This document shows, in pieces, positions 60,860-64,000 of a DNA stretch of 64,000 nucleotides. Source of the DNA: a virus. The position numbers were made by a program, and so were the translations under genes. The notes under the pieces are model-generated. The model made no database searches. It was not told the DNA's origin and saw only the letters and a list, made by a program, of their open reading frames with translations. The stretch covers positions 62,211-126,210 of IMG/VR virus record IMGVR_UViG_3300007512_000009; one strand, 5' to 3'. The first letter of the stretch is position 1. Every line of letters starts with the position of its first letter.

Positions 60860-61227
60860 GTGAAATTAAAATAGTAAGACTAAATTCAGGTGAAGAAATA
60901 CTGTGCAAACACACACTAAAAGATGGTATGCATACCCTTGAAAAACCATTGGTCATTATTCCAACTGGTGAGGGTAAGATTGGATTTATGGGATGGATGC
61001 CTTATGCTGATATTGAAAAAACAGGAGTTAATATATCCGATTCTTTTGTTGCTTTTGTAGTAGACCCTGATAAGGAACTTAAGCAAGATTATGTAGGATT
61101 TACTACTGGAGTTGTTGCTCCTGTTAAAAATAATAAAAAAGTTGTTGTTCCTTCTTTAAACCCCACGTGGGACGAAGAAGATAATGATAACATGGTTCTA
61201 AAGGGGCCACAAGGACGGTCTAAGTAA
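60856..61227 (+). CDS. Conserved T4-like Sm-like hypothetical protein
   Basis: IKIVRLNSGEEILC..LEKP..WMPY. Confidence 0.7.
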   Translation: MSEIKIVRLNSGEEILCKHTLKDGMHTLEKPLVIIPTGEGKIGFMGWMPYADIEKTGVNISDSFVAFVVDPDKELKQDYVGFTTGVVAPVKNNKKVVVPSLNPTWDEEDNDNMVLKGPQGRSK

Positions 61228-61228
61228 T

Positions 61229-61375
61229 ATGGCAAAGAAAAACGTAGCACAACAACAAGCACATGTTGGTAACATGATAAAAATTGGTAAAGGACGAACT
61301 TCTAAGGTTTTTAAAAAGAAAGGTAATGCACCTGCTAGAACATCTAGTAAAGGAAACGGTTCTAAAATTAGATGA
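61229..61375 (+). CDS. Small basic hypothetical protein (48 aa)
   Basis: Own translation MAKKNVAQQQAHVG...GSKIR; fills gap. Confidence 0.45.
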   Translation: MAKKNVAQQQAHVGNMIKIGKGRTSKVFKKKGNAPARTSSKGNGSKIR

Positions 61376-61728
61376 TAAAGAATAAAACCAAACTTACAAC
61401 TCCATATAGGGGCCAAAGAATAATCGCACTGAAAGTGATTGATTGGTGTTTGGAAGAATTTGGAATCTATGCGTCCATCAAACTGAAGTTAGGTGATTAC
61501 AGCGATTTCAAATGTTGGGGTCAGTGTTATGAAGGACACAGTGAGCATCGCTACACCATAGAGATAGCAAAAAACCAAACACTTCGTGACTTTGTTGCTA
61601 CGGTTGTGCATGAAATGGTTCATGTGAAACAGTGGGAAACTGGTAGTTGGAAAGGTGAAGGTGAGGCAGAGGCCAATAGACTACAATATAAACTCACAGA
61701 CAAACTGTGGAAAGACAATGTATTATGA
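61372..61728 (+). CDS. Small zincin-like metalloprotease
   Basis: TVVHEMVHVKQW..EAEA. Confidence 0.7.
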   Translation: MIKNKTKLTTPYRGQRIIALKVIDWCLEEFGIYASIKLKLGDYSDFKCWGQCYEGHSEHRYTIEIAKNQTLRDFVATVVHEMVHVKQWETGSWKGEGEAEANRLQYKLTDKLWKDNVL

Positions 61729-61934
61729 ATGAATCAAAACCAACAATATCACACGGAACATCACTACCTACACTACTCACAGTATTGTTTATCGCACTGA
61801 AACTATGTGGGGTTATTGACTGGTCTTGGTGGTGGGTGTTATCACCAATTCCTATTACACTTGGTATAGCATTGGTGGTATTTGCAGTAGTCATTAGTGT
61901 TCTAATGTATAAAAATCGAAAGGATAAAACATGA
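61725..61934 (+). CDS. Two-TM phage membrane protein
   Basis: LLTVLFIALKLCGVIDWSWWWVLSP family motif. Confidence 0.75.
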   Translation: MNESKPTISHGTSLPTLLTVLFIALKLCGVIDWSWWWVLSPIPITLGIALVVFAVVISVLMYKNRKDKT

Positions 61935-62992
61935 AAGAAGCGATTACCTACGATGATGTTTTATTGACACCCAGATATAGTGAATGCACACCAGACATGG
62001 TAGATGTTTCTACAGTATTGGGTATTATGAAATTGGATATACCAATAATTTCAGCACCTATGGATACTGTTACAGAGAAATCTATGGCAGAAGGAATGTC
62101 TAAACTTGGTGGTCTTGGTATAATTCATAAAAATATGGATGAGGTGACTCAGTTATCACAGATTAAAGCAGTTATGGCTGGTTGTAACAAGGTCGGTGTT
62201 GCTGTCAGTCCTACTAAATTTAAAAAAGACCACATTAGAAAAATGGTTGATACTGGTGTTTCAACAATAGTTGTTGACTCTGCACATGGTGATTCTCTTA
62301 ATGTCATTAAAGCAGTGGAAGAAATATCAATGATGGGTGATGATGTCATTATCATTGCGGGCAATGTTGCAACTGGACTTGGTGCAAAAAGACTGGTAAG
62401 TGCGGGTGCTGATGTAATAAAAGTGGGAATTGGGCCGGGCTCTATTTGCACAACCAGAATTGTTGCAGGTGTTGGTATACCACAGTTGACTGCTATTATG
62501 GATGTGAGAGAGGAAATCAAAGGTTCAGCAGACATTATCGCAGATGGTGGAATTCGATGCAGTGGTGATATTGCAAAAGCACTAGCAGCCGGTGCATCTG
62601 CTGTGATGCTAGGTTCAATGCTTGCGGGTCACGACGAATCTCCCAACTTTAAGGAAGTTGTCTGGATAAACGACAAAAGATATGTATCTTATCGTGGAAT
62701 GGGAAGTGAAGGTGCAATGAACGAAGGTTCTGCCGACCGATACAACCAAGATGGTTCTAAAAAATTCGTACCAGAAGGTGTTGAAGGTTGTGTTCCTTAT
62801 AGAGGTAAACTTGAAAATACTATATATCAACTAATAGGTGGTTTGAAATCGTCAATGGGATACCTTGGTGCAGGGAATCTGACAAGTTTCAGAAGGAATG
62901 CAGAATTTGTAAAAGTCAGTTCTGCTTCTCTTAGAGAAAATCATCCTCACAACATACATAATATGAAGGAATCAGCGAATTATGCAAACTAA
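61931..62992 (+). CDS. guaB: IMP dehydrogenase (no CBS domains)
   Basis: TYDDVLL, SAPMDTVTE, DSAHG, GIGPGSICTTR, YRGMGS, PEGVEG. Confidence 0.93.
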   Translation: MKEAITYDDVLLTPRYSECTPDMVDVSTVLGIMKLDIPIISAPMDTVTEKSMAEGMSKLGGLGIIHKNMDEVTQLSQIKAVMAGCNKVGVAVSPTKFKKDHIRKMVDTGVSTIVVDSAHGDSLNVIKAVEEISMMGDDVIIIAGNVATGLGAKRLVSAGADVIKVGIGPGSICTTRIVAGVGIPQLTAIMDVREEIKGSADIIADGGIRCSGDIAKALAAGASAVMLGSMLAGHDESPNFKEVVWINDKRYVSYRGMGSEGAMNEGSADRYNQDGSKKFVPEGVEGCVPYRGKLENTIYQLIGGLKSSMGYLGAGNLTSFRRNAEFVKVSSASLRENHPHNIHNMKESANYAN

Positions 62993-63218
62993 AGAAGAAC
63001 CCTACATCTACGCAGACGGTTTTGATGATGCTATGGTTGGTCACGGTCTAAGTTTTGAAGGTAAATGTGTTGTATATGATTATGAAAAAGTCATTGAAAT
63101 CTTGATGAAAGATATGACTCGTGAAGAAGCAGAAGAATATTTTGACTTCAATATAGTAGGTGCTTATGTGGGTAAAAACATGCCTGTCTTTGTGAAAAAG
63201 GTGGAACATTTTTCATGA
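62982..63218 (+). CDS. Conserved phage hypothetical protein
   Basis: ADGFDDAMVG..VVYD..EEAEEYFDFNIVGAYVG. Confidence 0.7.
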   Translation: MQTKEEPYIYADGFDDAMVGHGLSFEGKCVVYDYEKVIEILMKDMTREEAEEYFDFNIVGAYVGKNMPVFVKKVEHFS

Positions 63219-63370
63219 GTAGACCATTTAGAAACATATATGAAAAGAGAGAAACATCTTCAACGTTAAAAGAAAAACAGCGTCAACACAGAGTTAAAAT
63301 AATATCAATTGTTATGATAACCATAGAATGTATTATAGGGATTTCAGTAATAATGTACTTTGCACTGTAA
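63215..63370 (+). CDS. Small C-terminally anchored membrane protein (51 aa)
   Basis: Own translation MSRPFRNIY...IISIVMITIECIIGISVIMYFAL. Confidence 0.5.
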   Translation: MSRPFRNIYEKRETSSTLKEKQRQHRVKIISIVMITIECIIGISVIMYFAL

Positions 63371-63380
63371 TAAATAAATT

Positions 63381-63650
63381 ATGAAACCAAAACTAACTGA
63401 TTTTATCTCGGTAATGTCTGCACTGGTTACAGGAAAATATGTAAGCAAAGAAAGACAATTAAAAAGGTTAAACATATGCCATGGTTGTGAAGAATTTGTC
63501 GTTAACGATGATGGTAGAGCAGAATGTAATGTTTGTGGGTGTAAACTGGACGGAGATAAAAAACTTATCCAGTTGACGGCATATGAAGAAACCGAAAGGT
63601 ATGGATGCAAACACGACGACGGCAGCCAGTGGAAAAAACATGGTGTTTGA
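63381..63650 (+). CDS. Cys-rich (DUF6171-like) protein
   Basis: RLNICHGC..CNVCGC..GC..QW. Confidence 0.65.
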   Translation: MKPKLTDFISVMSALVTGKYVSKERQLKRLNICHGCEEFVVNDDGRAECNVCGCKLDGDKKLIQLTAYEETERYGCKHDDGSQWKKHGV

Positions 63651-63653
63651 CAT

Positions 63654-63682
63654 TTGACAGAAGATAGCCATTCTGATACAAT
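63654..63682 (+). promoter_or_regulatory. Sigma70-type promoter (GCC class, leaderless)
   Basis: TTGACA-gaagatAGCCattcTGa-TACAAT, ATG 6 nt downstream. Confidence 0.85.
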
Positions 63683-63688
63683 ACACTT

Positions 63689-64000
63689 ATGGACAATAAC
63701 TGGACAAACCCCCAAATAGTATACAACGGAATTCAAACGCCAGATGGTTCAATCATCTGCTCTAACTACCGACACGATTTTGTAACACACATTGATGCAA
63801 CAAACGGCGAAGAATATGCAGTCGATGGCGGAACAGATTATCTCAGACGAATGGGTAAAAGTGGCACATACGAAGAAATGTCTTTATATGCACACGACCC
63901 GCATAGTGAAATCCGCAATTACTTTGAATGGGGAACAAGAGGTAAAGATGGAACTGAACCCGTTCGACAAGTCATCTTGAAAGAGATGGACACCGACCAC
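63689..64000 (+). CDS. Conserved phage hypothetical protein (runs off right edge)
   Basis: Own translation MDNNWTNPQIVYNGIQTPDGSIICSNYRHDF..YAVDGGTDYLRR..EWGTRGKDG; missed by ORF track. Confidence 0.75.
   Translation, partial: MDNNWTNPQIVYNGIQTPDGSIICSNYRHDFVTHIDATNGEEYAVDGGTDYLRRMGKSGTYEEMSLYAHDPHSEIRNYFEWGTRGKDGTEPVRQVILKEMDTDH

Overview
64 kb of an AT-rich T4-like myovirus genome (marine/aquatic, cyanomyovirus-like synteny but no photosynthesis genes here), essentially all genes on the + strand. Order: neck/tail/terminase/portal/prohead/capsid module (gp14-gp23); gp3-uvsY-uvsW-gp55-gp47-(purB)-gp46-MTase-rnh-gp45-gp44-(groES)-gp62-regA; a ~13 kb, 14-gene glycosylation island; dut-gp43-uvsX-gp41-gp61; type II glutamine synthetase; a thyX remnant; class II RNR; a hairpin-rich leader plus small membrane protein plus OprO/P-type porin; two low-complexity late proteins; a peptidase-VWA protein; small ORFs including a lysozyme-like lipoprotein and guaB. 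The porin N-terminus points to a Planctomycetota (Phycisphaerales-like) host, by inference. Non-coding patterns seen directly: eleven aligned sigma70-type promoters, nine with a fixed-position GCC in the spacer and four apparently leaderless (one upstream of the DNA polymerase); two late-promoter variants (TATAAATA and TATACATA); apparent absence of GATC and AGCT. No tRNA, CRISPR, intron, intein or IS was found. All family assignments come from motif recognition by eye; no database search was run.
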